DNA of 36,923 bases from an uncultured Clostridia bacterium (GCA_944393455.1 CALYAH010000140.1:1-36923), one strand, 5' to 3'. Shown: positions 7,930-17,707, numbered from the stretch's first letter. The notes: generated from the letters alone by a model not told the origin. Program-made: numbers and translations.

Positions 7930-8136
7930 TCGAAAGATTATATATTAAGTTACTGTTCAGCCTTGATTAAAATTTATATTATTAAAAAACACCTTGTGTG
8001 TAGCAACCTATTAATATAAAATAAAATGTAGGTTGCTACTATCGCACTCGCTTTCAGCTCGTTTGGTCGCTTACGCGGTGTTTAAACTAATATAAATTTT
8101 AATCAAGGCTGAACAATAACTATATTAACCTTTCGA
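7930..8136. repeat. 207-bp palindromic intergenic element (element B) with a GC-rich asymmetric core
   Basis: Arms 7930-7993 and 8077-8136 are complementary, with a perfect 28-bp core (7954-7981 and 8088-8115). The 83-nt interior holds an 11-bp hairpin (8000-8010 and 8029-8039) and a GC-rich segment (8041-8076). Confidence 0.8.
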
Positions 8137-8167
8137 ATAGTTTATCTATAATATTTATCTTCTTTCT

Positions 8168-8329
8168 TTATGCACCTACGATAAAGTAATACATGATTCT
8201 AAATAATACAATCATTCCTAAAGCTGCTACTAGAGTAAGTATAACAGTTGCTGCAGGACTTAATTTTGCTCTTTCTACTTCTTTTGTGTTATTCGCATTT
8301 TCTGTTGGATTTTTCTTTTCTTTTTCCAT
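8168..8329 (-). CDS. small (53 aa) single-pass membrane protein, not in the ORF track
   Basis: Hand translation gives MEKEKKNPTENANNTKEVERAKLSPAATVILTLVAALGMIVLFRIMYYFIVGA. AAAGGAG SD lies 9 nt upstream of the ATG at 8329. A possible promoter is TAGACA-17-TAGAAT upstream. Confidence 0.55.
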   Translation of the reverse strand: MEKEKKNPTENANNTKEVERAKLSPAATVILTLVAALGMIVLFRIMYYFIVGA

Positions 8330-8427
8330 ACATATCTTCTCCTTTGTTCCCTTTTTTTCTAATGCTATTCTATTATATTTTTTTATCTTTGTCTAGTATT
8401 TTTATTATTTAAATTTTTATAAAACAC

Positions 8428-10833
8428 TTATGCCTTTCTTAGTTCTGCTCCTAAATTCTTTTCTAACTCTGTAATAACATTGTTCATAATTGTATTAATT
8501 TCATCATCACTTAATGTTTTGTTTTTATCTCTAAAAATTAAGCTATAAGCAACACTTTTCTTTCCTTCTCCTATTTTATCATCTCTATAAATATCAAATA
8601 GTTTTACACTTTCTAATAATTTTTTACTTTTCTTTGTAATTATTTTTTCTATTTGACCAACTTCAACACTCTCGTCTACAATCATTGCAATATCTCTTTC
8701 TACTGCTGGGAATTTTGGTACTTCTACATATTTTTTATTTGCTTTAGAATATTTTACAATTTTCGTGATATTTGCTTCTAATAGATAAGCTCTTTTTGGT
8801 ATATCATAATTCATTAATACCTCTGGGTGTACTTCACCTAAAGTAGCAATTACATCTGTTCCTACTTTTATATTAGCACATCTTCCTGGATGATAAGATT
8901 CGTTTTTTGTTTCTTTTACTACATCATATCTATTTACATTAACTGTCTCTAATACATTTTCCATTAGCCCTTTTAATGTATAAAAATCAACATCATCCCC
9001 ATACATACCTATTGTTAAAATATTTTCTTGTAATGGCACTTCTCCATTTTGCACTTCATTATTAATATTTCTATAATTTCTTGAAACATCAAATAATTTT
9101 GCGTTTTGATTTTTCTTATTTGCATTTATTGCTAATGTTTGCATCATACTTGGAACAGTTGTTGGTCTCATTAATTTGTATTCATCACTTAATGGATTCA
9201 TAATTGTAATTGATTTTTTTATTAATTCTTCATTAATTTTTGATTTTTCTAAGTCCTTTTCACTAACAAATCCATATGTGTATATTTCTGAAAGTCCACT
9301 ATTAACTAGAACCTCTTTAATTGCTTTTTCGATTTTTTGTTCTTTATTTCTAATTCCTAAAGTTGTATCTGCTTTAATTAGAGTTGTTTCTAATTTGTCG
9401 TATCCATAAATTCTAAGTATCTCTTCTGCCAAATCTGCCACAAACTCTAAATCCATTCTAAAATATGGAGCAATTGCTATATCATTTTCAACTTTGATAT
9501 CTAATTGTTCTAATATGTTAATCATATCTTGTTTTTCTATATTAGTTCCTAATAGATTATTAATTTTGTCAACATCTAATTTTATTTTATTTATTTTTTG
9601 TTTAGTTGGATAAACATCTATTTTTCCTTCAACTACTTCTCCTGCTCCAATAAGCTCTACTAATTCTACCGCTCTATTAACAGCTCTTAAAGCATTTTCT
9701 GAAGATAATCCTTTTTCAAATCTTGAAGATGCTTCTGTTCTTAACCCAACTTTTTTAGCTGTTTTTCTTACACTTCCACCATAAAATACAGCTGACTCAA
9801 ATACTACAGTTTGTGTGTCATTTTCAATTTCTGAATTTAAACCTCCCATTACACCTGCAATGGCAACTGCTTTTTTCTCATCTGCAATTACTAAGTTGTT
9901 TTCATCTAGTTCTCTTTCTTGTTCATCTAAAGTTGTAATTTTTTCACCATTTTTAGCACGTCTAACTGTAATATGCTTTCCTTCGATAGAATTAATATCA
10001 AAAGCATGCATTGGTTGACCCATTTCTAACATAACATAGTTTGTAATATCTACTATGTTGTTAATACTTCTTACTCCACAAGCTTTTAATCTTCTTCTCA
10101 TCCATTCTGGTGATGGCGCTATTTTTACATTTTTAACTACTCTTGCTATATATCTATAACATAAATCTGGAGCTGTAATATCTACTCTCAAGCCTTCTAT
10201 TTCTTTTTTGTCTTCTACTTTCATTTCGTCAATATTTTTTCTAGGATTTTTAAATTCTTTTCCTAAAGAAACCGCTACTTCTCTTCCTAAACCTTCAATA
10301 GACAAACAATCTGGTCTATTTGGTGTGATTTCAAAATCAATAATGTCTTCTTTTAAATTTAATACTTCTACAATATCTTTTCCTAGCTCTTTTTCTAAGC
10401 TTTTGTCTAAAATCATAATTCCGTTTTCAATTTGTCCTGGATAATCTGTAACTGTTAACCCTAACTCTCCAACAGAAAAAATCATTCCACAAGATTCTTT
10501 TCCTCTTAATAGTCCTTTTTTTATTTTCACTCCACCTGGCAATTCAGAACCATCTTTCGCAATTGGAACAATATCGCCTTCTTTTATATTATCGGCTCCT
10601 GTTACTATTTGAACCTTTTCATTTCCTAAATCCACTTGTGTTACCACTAGATGGTCTGAATCTTCATGTTTTTTGATTTCTAATATTTTTCCTACCACCA
10701 CATTTTTTATGTCATTTCCTTTTTGCTCTATTGTCTCTACCTTAGAGCCTGTCATTGTTAAGATGTCTCCTAGTTTTACACTATCAACATCAATATCACT
10801 ATATTCTTCTAACCATTCAATACTTGCCTTCAT
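8428..10833 (-). CDS. pheT: phenylalanyl-tRNA synthetase beta subunit
   Basis: About 800 aa with an N-terminal tRNA-binding OB domain (VVGKILEIKKHEDSDHLVVTQVDLG), then B3/4, B5 and the FDX-ACB C-terminal domain. The ATG at 10833 follows a GAGGAG SD. Confidence 0.95.
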   Translation of the reverse strand: MKASIEWLEEYSDIDVDSVKLGDILTMTGSKVETIEQKGNDIKNVVVGKILEIKKHEDSDHLVVTQVDLGNEKVQIVTGADNIKEGDIVPIAKDGSELPGGVKIKKGLLRGKESCGMIFSVGELGLTVTDYPGQIENGIMILDKSLEKELGKDIVEVLNLKEDIIDFEITPNRPDCLSIEGLGREVAVSLGKEFKNPRKNIDEMKVEDKKEIEGLRVDITAPDLCYRYIARVVKNVKIAPSPEWMRRRLKACGVRSINNIVDITNYVMLEMGQPMHAFDINSIEGKHITVRRAKNGEKITTLDEQERELDENNLVIADEKKAVAIAGVMGGLNSEIENDTQTVVFESAVFYGGSVRKTAKKVGLRTEASSRFEKGLSSENALRAVNRAVELVELIGAGEVVEGKIDVYPTKQKINKIKLDVDKINNLLGTNIEKQDMINILEQLDIKVENDIAIAPYFRMDLEFVADLAEEILRIYGYDKLETTLIKADTTLGIRNKEQKIEKAIKEVLVNSGLSEIYTYGFVSEKDLEKSKINEELIKKSITIMNPLSDEYKLMRPTTVPSMMQTLAINANKKNQNAKLFDVSRNYRNINNEVQNGEVPLQENILTIGMYGDDVDFYTLKGLMENVLETVNVNRYDVVKETKNESYHPGRCANIKVGTDVIATLGEVHPEVLMNYDIPKRAYLLEANITKIVKYSKANKKYVEVPKFPAVERDIAMIVDESVEVGQIEKIITKKSKKLLESVKLFDIYRDDKIGEGKKSVAYSLIFRDKNKTLSDDEINTIMNNVITELEKNLGAELRKA

Positions 10834-10850
10834 ATTTACTCTCCTCTTTT

Positions 10851-11222
10851 TTATTTTACCCAATCTTGTGATTGAGTGTCTTTTCGCTTTTGATAATTTT
10901 TAGCAGCTTGCCAATTGTTATAATTTACCACATTGTTTGTTCTTTTAGTATTATCCATATTTTTATAAATACCATTTCCTGATATTTCATTTAGAAAGTC
11001 CTTTCTTGGATTTTCTGTAAAATTGCCTTGATTTGCCCTATTTACTTTATATTGATTTATATCTTTTGCTACTTCTTCTTGCGTTACTATTCTATATCCA
11101 TTTCCTTCTGGTTTTGCAGTATAATTATATTTTCCTCTTTTTTCTAACTTTTCTAACTCTGTCATTGCTGCTTTTAAAGAATATATCTTATTCTTTTCGC
11201 CAAATAATCCTAATAATCCCAC
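10851..11222 (-). CDS. hypothetical 123-aa protein inserted between pheS and pheT
   Basis: A GTG at 11222 lies 10 nt after AAGGAG. The product is (M)GLLGLFGEKNKIYSLKAAMTELEKLEKRGKYNYTAKPEGNGYRIV... with no family I recognise. The longer track ORF reads through a palindrome and is unlikely. Confidence 0.5.
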   Translation of the reverse strand: MGLLGLFGEKNKIYSLKAAMTELEKLEKRGKYNYTAKPEGNGYRIVTQEEVAKDINQYKVNRANQGNFTENPRKDFLNEISGNGIYKNMDNTKRTNNVVNYNNWQAAKNYQKRKDTQSQDWVK

Positions 11223-11238
11223 TATTTTAACACTCCTT

Positions 11239-11368
11239 AGATGTTTTTTGAGAAGAGATGTTTTTTGGGACGGAGTAAAAAAACATCTCCTTTTTCTTTT
11301 TATTTTTATTGATATTGTTTTATCTGAAAGATGTTTTTTTACTCCGTCCCAAAAAACATCTTCTCTCA
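11239..11368. repeat. nested palindrome (element C) between pheS and the 123-aa ORF
   Basis: A perfect 33-bp inverted repeat (11256-11288 and 11329-11361) is separated by 40 nt. Each arm is itself a hairpin (AGATGTTTTTT...AAAAAACATCT). An extra AGATGTTTTTT copy sits at 11239-11249. Confidence 0.85.
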
Positions 11369-11389
11369 AAAAAACTCTTCTCAAAAAAA

Positions 11390-12409
11390 TTAAAATTGTT
11401 TTAAAAATCTAACATCATTTTCAAATAATAATCTCATATCTTCAATTCCAAATTTTGCCATAGCTATTCTTTCTACACCAAATCCAAAAGCAAACCCTGA
11501 ATATTCTTCTGGATCTATGCCGCAATTTTTTAGAACATTTGGATGTACCATTCCACATCCTAAAAGTTCTATCCAACCTTCTCCTTTACATACTCTACAT
11601 CCTTTTCCTCCACATACAAAACATGATACGTCAGCTTCTGCACTTGGTTCTGTGAATGGAAAATGATGTGGTCTAAATCTAATTTTTGTATTTTCTCCTA
11701 AACATTTTTTAGCAAACATTTCTAATGTTCCTTTTAAATCTGTCATAGAAATGTCTTTATCTACTACCAATCCTTCTACTTGGTGAAACACTGGTGAATG
11801 TGTTGCATCTACACTGTCTGAACGATAAACTGCTCCTGGACAAATAATTTTAATTGGTGGTTTTTGATTTTCCATTACTCTCGCTTGTACTGGTGATGTC
11901 TGACTTCTTAATAAAATATCTTCTGTAATATAAAATGTATCTTGGATATCTCTTGCTGGATGATCTGGTGGTGTGTTTAGTTTGTCAAAGTTATATATTG
12001 CTTTTTCTACCTCTGGTCCATCTGCTATTTCATATCCCATTCCTAAAAATATTTCTTCTACTTCATTAATAATTTGTGTAATTGGATGTAATGAGCCTAG
12101 TGTTATTTTTTTACTTGGTTCTGTAACATCTATATTCTCTGTTTCTAATTTTTTTAATAATTCTTTCTTTTGTAATTCTTTTTCTTTTTGTTCAAATAAA
12201 AGAGTTAGTTTATCTCTTACTTGATTTACTAAACTACCAATGACTGGTCTTTCTTCTGGGCTTAATTTTCCCATTGTTCTTAACACTGCTGTTAATTCAC
12301 CTTTTTTTTTTTTATTTTTTACTTTTAACTCATTTAATAGTTTAATATCTTCACATTCTTTTATACTATTTTGTGAAGCCTCTTCTATTTTCAAAATTTC
12401 CTCTTTCAT
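11390..12409 (-). CDS. pheS: phenylalanyl-tRNA synthetase alpha subunit
   Basis: HPITQIINEVEEIFLGMGY, DHPARDIQDTFY, FRPHHFPFTEPSAE and GFAFGFGVERIAM are class II motifs 1-3 of PheS. Confidence 0.96.
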   Translation of the reverse strand: MKEEILKIEEASQNSIKECEDIKLLNELKVKNKKKKGELTAVLRTMGKLSPEERPVIGSLVNQVRDKLTLLFEQKEKELQKKELLKKLETENIDVTEPSKKITLGSLHPITQIINEVEEIFLGMGYEIADGPEVEKAIYNFDKLNTPPDHPARDIQDTFYITEDILLRSQTSPVQARVMENQKPPIKIICPGAVYRSDSVDATHSPVFHQVEGLVVDKDISMTDLKGTLEMFAKKCLGENTKIRFRPHHFPFTEPSAEADVSCFVCGGKGCRVCKGEGWIELLGCGMVHPNVLKNCGIDPEEYSGFAFGFGVERIAMAKFGIEDMRLLFENDVRFLKQF

Positions 12410-12436
12410 GCATCTAACTCCTTTTCTTTACATTTT

Positions 12437-12778
12437 TTAATATGGCCTATACGTTTTTGTTTCTTTATATTGTCCATATTGACGACCATAATATTTTTCT
12501 AATCGATTTTTTGTTTTACTTTTATTTTCATTCTTTTCTTGTAATAGTAATGGTTTCTTACTTTTTCTTCTAAAATAAATTTTTATTTTATTCCATATTG
12601 TATTTTTATTTTCAAAATAAAAAGTAATGACATACACGCCAAATTGATTTAGCTGTATATCTACTTTAACATCTTTTTTAGGAAATTCTTTTTTTGTTTC
12701 TTCAATATTTTTTTCTATTTCTTGATTGCTATATATTTTGGAATCAAAATAATATTTCAAACATTTTTCTCGATTCAT
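12437..12778 (-). CDS. hypothetical basic 113-aa protein between the T-box leader and pheS
   Basis: The ORF lies between the T-box terminator and the pheS SD, with only a weak AAGGA 12 nt upstream. The product is K-rich and I recognise no motif. Confidence 0.45.
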   Translation of the reverse strand: MNREKCLKYYFDSKIYSNQEIEKNIEETKKEFPKKDVKVDIQLNQFGVYVITFYFENKNTIWNKIKIYFRRKSKKPLLLQEKNENKSKTKNRLEKYYGRQYGQYKETKTYRPY

Positions 12779-12833
12779 TTATATCAACATCCTTTATTAA
12801 ATTTTATTTAAAATTCAATTTGTCCTTTGATTC

Positions 12834-13080
12834 AAAAAAACCATTTCCCCCTATTACACATAGGACGAAATGGTCATCTTTCGTGGTACCACCTAATTTC
12901 ATTAGCTTTACTAATCTCATTCAAGTTTTAACGGTTCAACCGCTTTCTCCTACTTTTTTATTTTCAGAAAAAGACCTCAAAAGTGAAATTTCTATATATG
13001 TAATATCAATGACTTCCAGCCTAGGTCATTTTCTCTTTTCATATTATTTCATATATATACTTTGCTTTTTCATCGGCTTT
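12834..13080 (-). promoter_or_regulatory. T-box leader RNA with a probable Phe (UUC) specifier, controlling the pheS/pheT operon
   Basis: Minus strand shows GATGA...AGTA (stem I base), an AGAGA bulge, a specifier-loop candidate GAAAUUUCA (UUC at 12987-12985 followed by A), and the T-box sequence AATTAGGTGGTACCACGAAAG (12898-12878). A terminator ACCATTTC...GAAATGGT plus T7 follows (12873-12834). Confidence 0.85.
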
Positions 13081-13097
13081 ATTAATTCACAAATATA

Positions 13098-13126
13098 ATT
13101 TTAACATATTTTTCCTTCTTTTTCAA
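13098..13126 (-). promoter_or_regulatory. promoter of the T-box/pheST transcript
   Basis: Minus strand has TTGAAA (13126-13121), a 17-nt spacer, then TAAAAT (13103-13098). Confidence 0.6.
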
Positions 13127-13226
13127 TACTTTTTTAATTTTTTTTGAAGAAATTGTTGTATATTTTTTCAGTTGTGTTAAAATAGTTATATATTATACAA
13201 ATTAAATGAAGGAGTGAAATATTTAT

Positions 13227-14573
13227 ATGAAAAAGAAAATTTTTATAACTGTATTTCTATTATGTATTTTATTAGCAAACATCTCTTTTGCTTCATATAG
13301 TACTGTAACTATGAGTGTAGTAGAAGAACCTGTTTGCACAATTGAATTTGGAGAACATTCAAAATTTGAAAAGAAACTAGTTGCAAAAAATTTGAATAAT
13401 AAAGAAGTAACTTTACAATTACAAGTAACAAACGAAGAAGAAGCTTTAAAACCTACTGGTGAAATTGTACTAGTACTTGATAACTCTGATAGTATGAATG
13501 AAGAAGTTTCAACTGGCGGAACAAGAAAAGATTTAATATTCAATTCTGCTAAAACATTAGTATCTAATCTTTTAGAGGATAACGAAAGTTTAAAAGTTGG
13601 ACTTGTTACTTTCTCTACTAATACAGATGTTTCAAAAGAAGGTACTATTGAAGACGCAAGTGTTCTTTCAACTTTAAGTAATGATGTTACAGCTTTAACA
13701 AATGCTATTTCTAATATCGAAGCAAATGGTCCTAGAACAGACTTACAAGCCGGATTATCATTAGCTAGTAGTCAATTTTCCGAAGAAGCTAACAATAAAT
13801 ACATCATTGTATTAACTGATGGTGTACCAAACGTTGCAATTGATTATGATAAAACTTATTATTCTGATGATGTAATCGCAAAAACAAAATCTCAATTACA
13901 AACATTAGATGCTAATGGAATCGATGTTGTAACTATGTTAACTGGTATCGACGATGAAAATTATGTACCAGTTGGTGTTTCTAAGTCTTTTGGACAAATA
14001 ATTTCTGAAATATTTGGAACATCAGAAAATCCAACAGTTGGAAAATTCTATTATGTTACAGATGACAAAGTAGAAACAACTATTACAACTGATATTTATA
14101 ATTCTTTATTACCAATTTCAAGAGTTTACAAAGATATTACAGTTGTAGATTATTTCCCACAAGAAATCATTGATAATTTTGACTTTGCCTATGTATCAGA
14201 AGCAAATATTGGAACAATCTCAGCAGAAGTAGATAAAACAAATAATTCAATTACTTGGACAATACCAGAGCTTGCAAGTGGTGAAACAGCAACTGTACAA
14301 TATACATTAAAATTAAAAGAAGACTTTTCTAGCAGTATTGTTGATAAAATATTAGATACTAATGAAAAAGTAGATATTACTTATACAGATTTTAATGATG
14401 AAGAACAAGCAAAAACATCTGATGTTACACCAAAATTAAAGCTTACCGAACCACCTGCTGAATTACCAAAAGCTGGTATGACAACATTATTAATTACAGC
14501 TAGTGTATTAGTTGTTGGATTCCTTGTATTCTCATTTATAAAATGGAGAAATCTTAATAGAAATATAAAATAA
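13227..14573 (+). CDS. cell-wall-anchored von Willebrand factor A (vWA) domain surface protein with an LPxTG-like sorting signal
   Basis: Signal peptide MKKKIFITVFLLCILLANISFA; MIDAS motif VLVLDNSDSM with LTDGVPN; C-terminal LPKAG plus a hydrophobic helix and a KWRNLNRNIK tail. Confidence 0.85.
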   Translation: MKKKIFITVFLLCILLANISFASYSTVTMSVVEEPVCTIEFGEHSKFEKKLVAKNLNNKEVTLQLQVTNEEEALKPTGEIVLVLDNSDSMNEEVSTGGTRKDLIFNSAKTLVSNLLEDNESLKVGLVTFSTNTDVSKEGTIEDASVLSTLSNDVTALTNAISNIEANGPRTDLQAGLSLASSQFSEEANNKYIIVLTDGVPNVAIDYDKTYYSDDVIAKTKSQLQTLDANGIDVVTMLTGIDDENYVPVGVSKSFGQIISEIFGTSENPTVGKFYYVTDDKVETTITTDIYNSLLPISRVYKDITVVDYFPQEIIDNFDFAYVSEANIGTISAEVDKTNNSITWTIPELASGETATVQYTLKLKEDFSSSIVDKILDTNEKVDITYTDFNDEEQAKTSDVTPKLKLTEPPAELPKAGMTTLLITASVLVVGFLVFSFIKWRNLNRNIK

Positions 14574-14590
14574 TATATAAAAATAATTAA

Positions 14591-14636
14591 AAAGGAAGTA
14601 TGTAGAAAGATAATAATTTTTTTACATCCTTCCTTT
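14591..14636. terminator. bidirectional terminator between the convergent vWA gene and eno
   Basis: 14-bp stem AAAGGAAGTATGTA/TACATCCTTCCTTT with one mismatch, flanked by an A-run upstream and a T-run downstream. Confidence 0.7.
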
Positions 14637-14665
14637 TTCATATTAATATATTGCTTTTCTTTTTA

Positions 14666-15967
<1,302 letters not shown>

Positions 15968-16001
15968 TTACACATTTTTTAGTAGAATATACATAAAAAA
16001 C

Positions 16002-16039
16002 GCAATAGCTTAATACTTAATTTGTACTACTGCTATTGC
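16002..16039 (-). terminator. possible terminator after recN
   Basis: 8-bp stem GCAATAGC/GCTATTGC with a large 22-nt loop and a T6 run on the minus strand. The large loop makes it weak. Confidence 0.35.
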
Positions 16040-16058
16040 ATTTTTTTCATTTATTAAA

Positions 16059-17691
16059 TTATGATGCTTTTTTATTTCGTAATTCTGTTGCATATTTTAT
16101 AGTTACTTCATTAACCTCTCCTGAAGAAATTCTAGCAATCTCTTTTATTACTTCATCTTCTTTTAATAATCTTATTTGTGTTCTAGTTCTTTCCTGATCA
16201 ATGTTTTTACTAATAAAATAATTATAATCTGCTATTGCTGCAATATTTGGTAAATGTGATATGCATAGGACTTGATGTTTTTTTGATATAGCATTTAATT
16301 TGTTTGCTACTGCATTTGCTGCTTTTCCACTAATTCCAGTATCAATTTCATCAAATATTAGTACTGGTATTGTGTCTGTATCTGCTAGAACTTTTTTTAT
16401 TCCTAACATTATTCTAGACATCTCTCCTCCTGATGCAATTTTTGATAATTCTTTTTCATCTTCTCCTACATTTGTTCTAATATAGAATGTTACTATATCC
16501 TTTCCTGTTTTAAAATATTCATTATCAATATAATCTACATGTATATTAATTTTTGCATTTTTCATTTCTAATTCTTCTAATTGTATATTGATATTTTCAC
16601 TTAATTTTTCCGCTTCTACTTTTCTTATTTTATGAATTTGTTCTGCTAGCAAATTCATTTGTTTTTCAATTTCTTGTTTTTTATTTTTTAATTCTATGTT
16701 ATATTCTTCTAAATTTACTATATGCTCTATTTCTTTTTCTATTTCTTCTTTATAAGTTAAAATTTCTTGTATGCTATTTCCATATTTTCTTTTTAAAGAA
16801 TATATTAAATCTAGTCTTTTTTCAATATAATTTCTTTCGTCCTCATCAAAATATGTATCTTCTTTATATCCACAAATATCTCTTGATATTTCTTGTAATT
16901 CATAATAAATACTTTTTAAATTACTAGATACTTTTTCATATTTTTCATCTATCATTTCTATTTTTTCTAAAGATCTAATAGCCATACTAAGACTGTCAAT
17001 TGAATTTTCTTCTATTAAACTATTTGCTTGTCCGTAAATTTTCTACTATTTTTTCTGAATTTAACATAACCTTTCTTTTTTCTTCTAGTTCTTCATCCTC
17101 TTTTAGTTTTAAATTTGCTTCTTCTATTTCATTTTTTTGATATTGTAATAAGTCTAATTGTCTTTGTTTTTGTTTATCATCTCCATAGTTTTCCTTTAAC
17201 TCTTGTTCTATTTGATTATGCTCTTTATATAAAACTTCATATTTTTCTTTTAATTTTTTTATTTTTTCTCCTATAAATCCATCTAAATATCCTAAATGCT
17301 GTTTATTATCTAACAAATTTTGATTATCATTTTGTCCATGGATTTCTATAAAATCCTTCATAAATTCTTTTAATTCACTTACTGTTACCATTCTTCCGTT
17401 TATTTTACACATATTTTTTCCGTTTAAATTAATTTCTCTTGAAACTATAATATTTCCGTCTTCGAATTCTCCAGTTTCAGGGCTACACATACATAACTCT
17501 ACAAAGGAATTATTTTCTCCTTTTCTTATCATATCTTTTGAAAATCTTCCTCCTGATATAATTTGCAACGAATCTATAATTAATGTTTTTCCAGCTCCTG
17601 TTTCTCCTGTTAAAACATTTAGTCCTTTATTTAAATCTATACTTAAATCTTCTATAATTCCTATGTTTTTTATATGTAATGTGGCTATCAT
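16059..17691 (-). pseudogene. recN: DNA repair protein RecN, split by a +1 frameshift into ORFs 17020-17691 and 16059-16985
   Basis: The N-terminal ORF has MIATLHIKNIGIIEDL...LTGETGAGKT (Walker A). The C-terminal ORF has ASGGEMSRIMLGIK and LIFDEIDTGISG (signature and Walker B). The reading frame continues as KIYGQANSLIEENSIDSLSMAIRSLEKI one frame over. The shift maps to the A4/T3 runs at 17036-17042. Confidence 0.85.
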
Positions 17692-17707
17692 TTTATACCT
17701 CCGATTT

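Noticed and set aside
7930-8136. Element B as SRP (4.5S/scRNA) or 6S RNA, given its long hairpin shape and its position next to ffh
   Set aside because: I could not find the conserved SRP domain IV motifs (GGAA tetraloop with AGCA/GGAAGCAGC-type symmetric loop). A 28-bp perfect duplex is unlike the bulged 6S helix. It is left as an unclassified element.
8193-8396. Plus-strand 67-aa ORF downstream of pheT
   Set aside because: It has no SD and a low-complexity hydrophobic product. It lies antisense to a better supported minus-strand 53-aa ORF that has an SD.
11239-11368. Repeated AGATGTTTTTT units as a possible CRISPR-like or tandem-repeat array
   Set aside because: There are only five short copies in mixed orientation forming palindromes. 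There is no regular repeat-spacer periodicity and no cas genes.
10851-11384. Track ORF of 177 aa, whose N-terminal 54 residues read through element C
   Set aside because: The N-terminal part is the translation of a perfect palindrome (mirror-like peptide EDVFWDGVKKHL / CFFTPSQKTSLLKKHL) with no SD. A GTG at 11222 with a strong AAGGAG is a much better start, so I report 10851-11222 only.
12694-13098. Plus-strand 134-aa ORF
   Set aside because: It overlaps the antisense of the T-box leader and the 113-aa ORF. The T-box motifs (GGTGGTACC, terminator) explain this sequence.
13223-13543. Many antisense ORFs in the track, e.g. 492-686, 1024-1305, 2817-3092, 13223-13543, 18909-19445, 23706-23996, 28093-28440, 30509-30811, 34281-34550, 34943-35137
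   Set aside because: All lie inside, and opposite to or out of frame with, well-supported genes. They give F/L/I/S-rich low-complexity products typical of AT-rich antisense frames, and they lack SD sequences.
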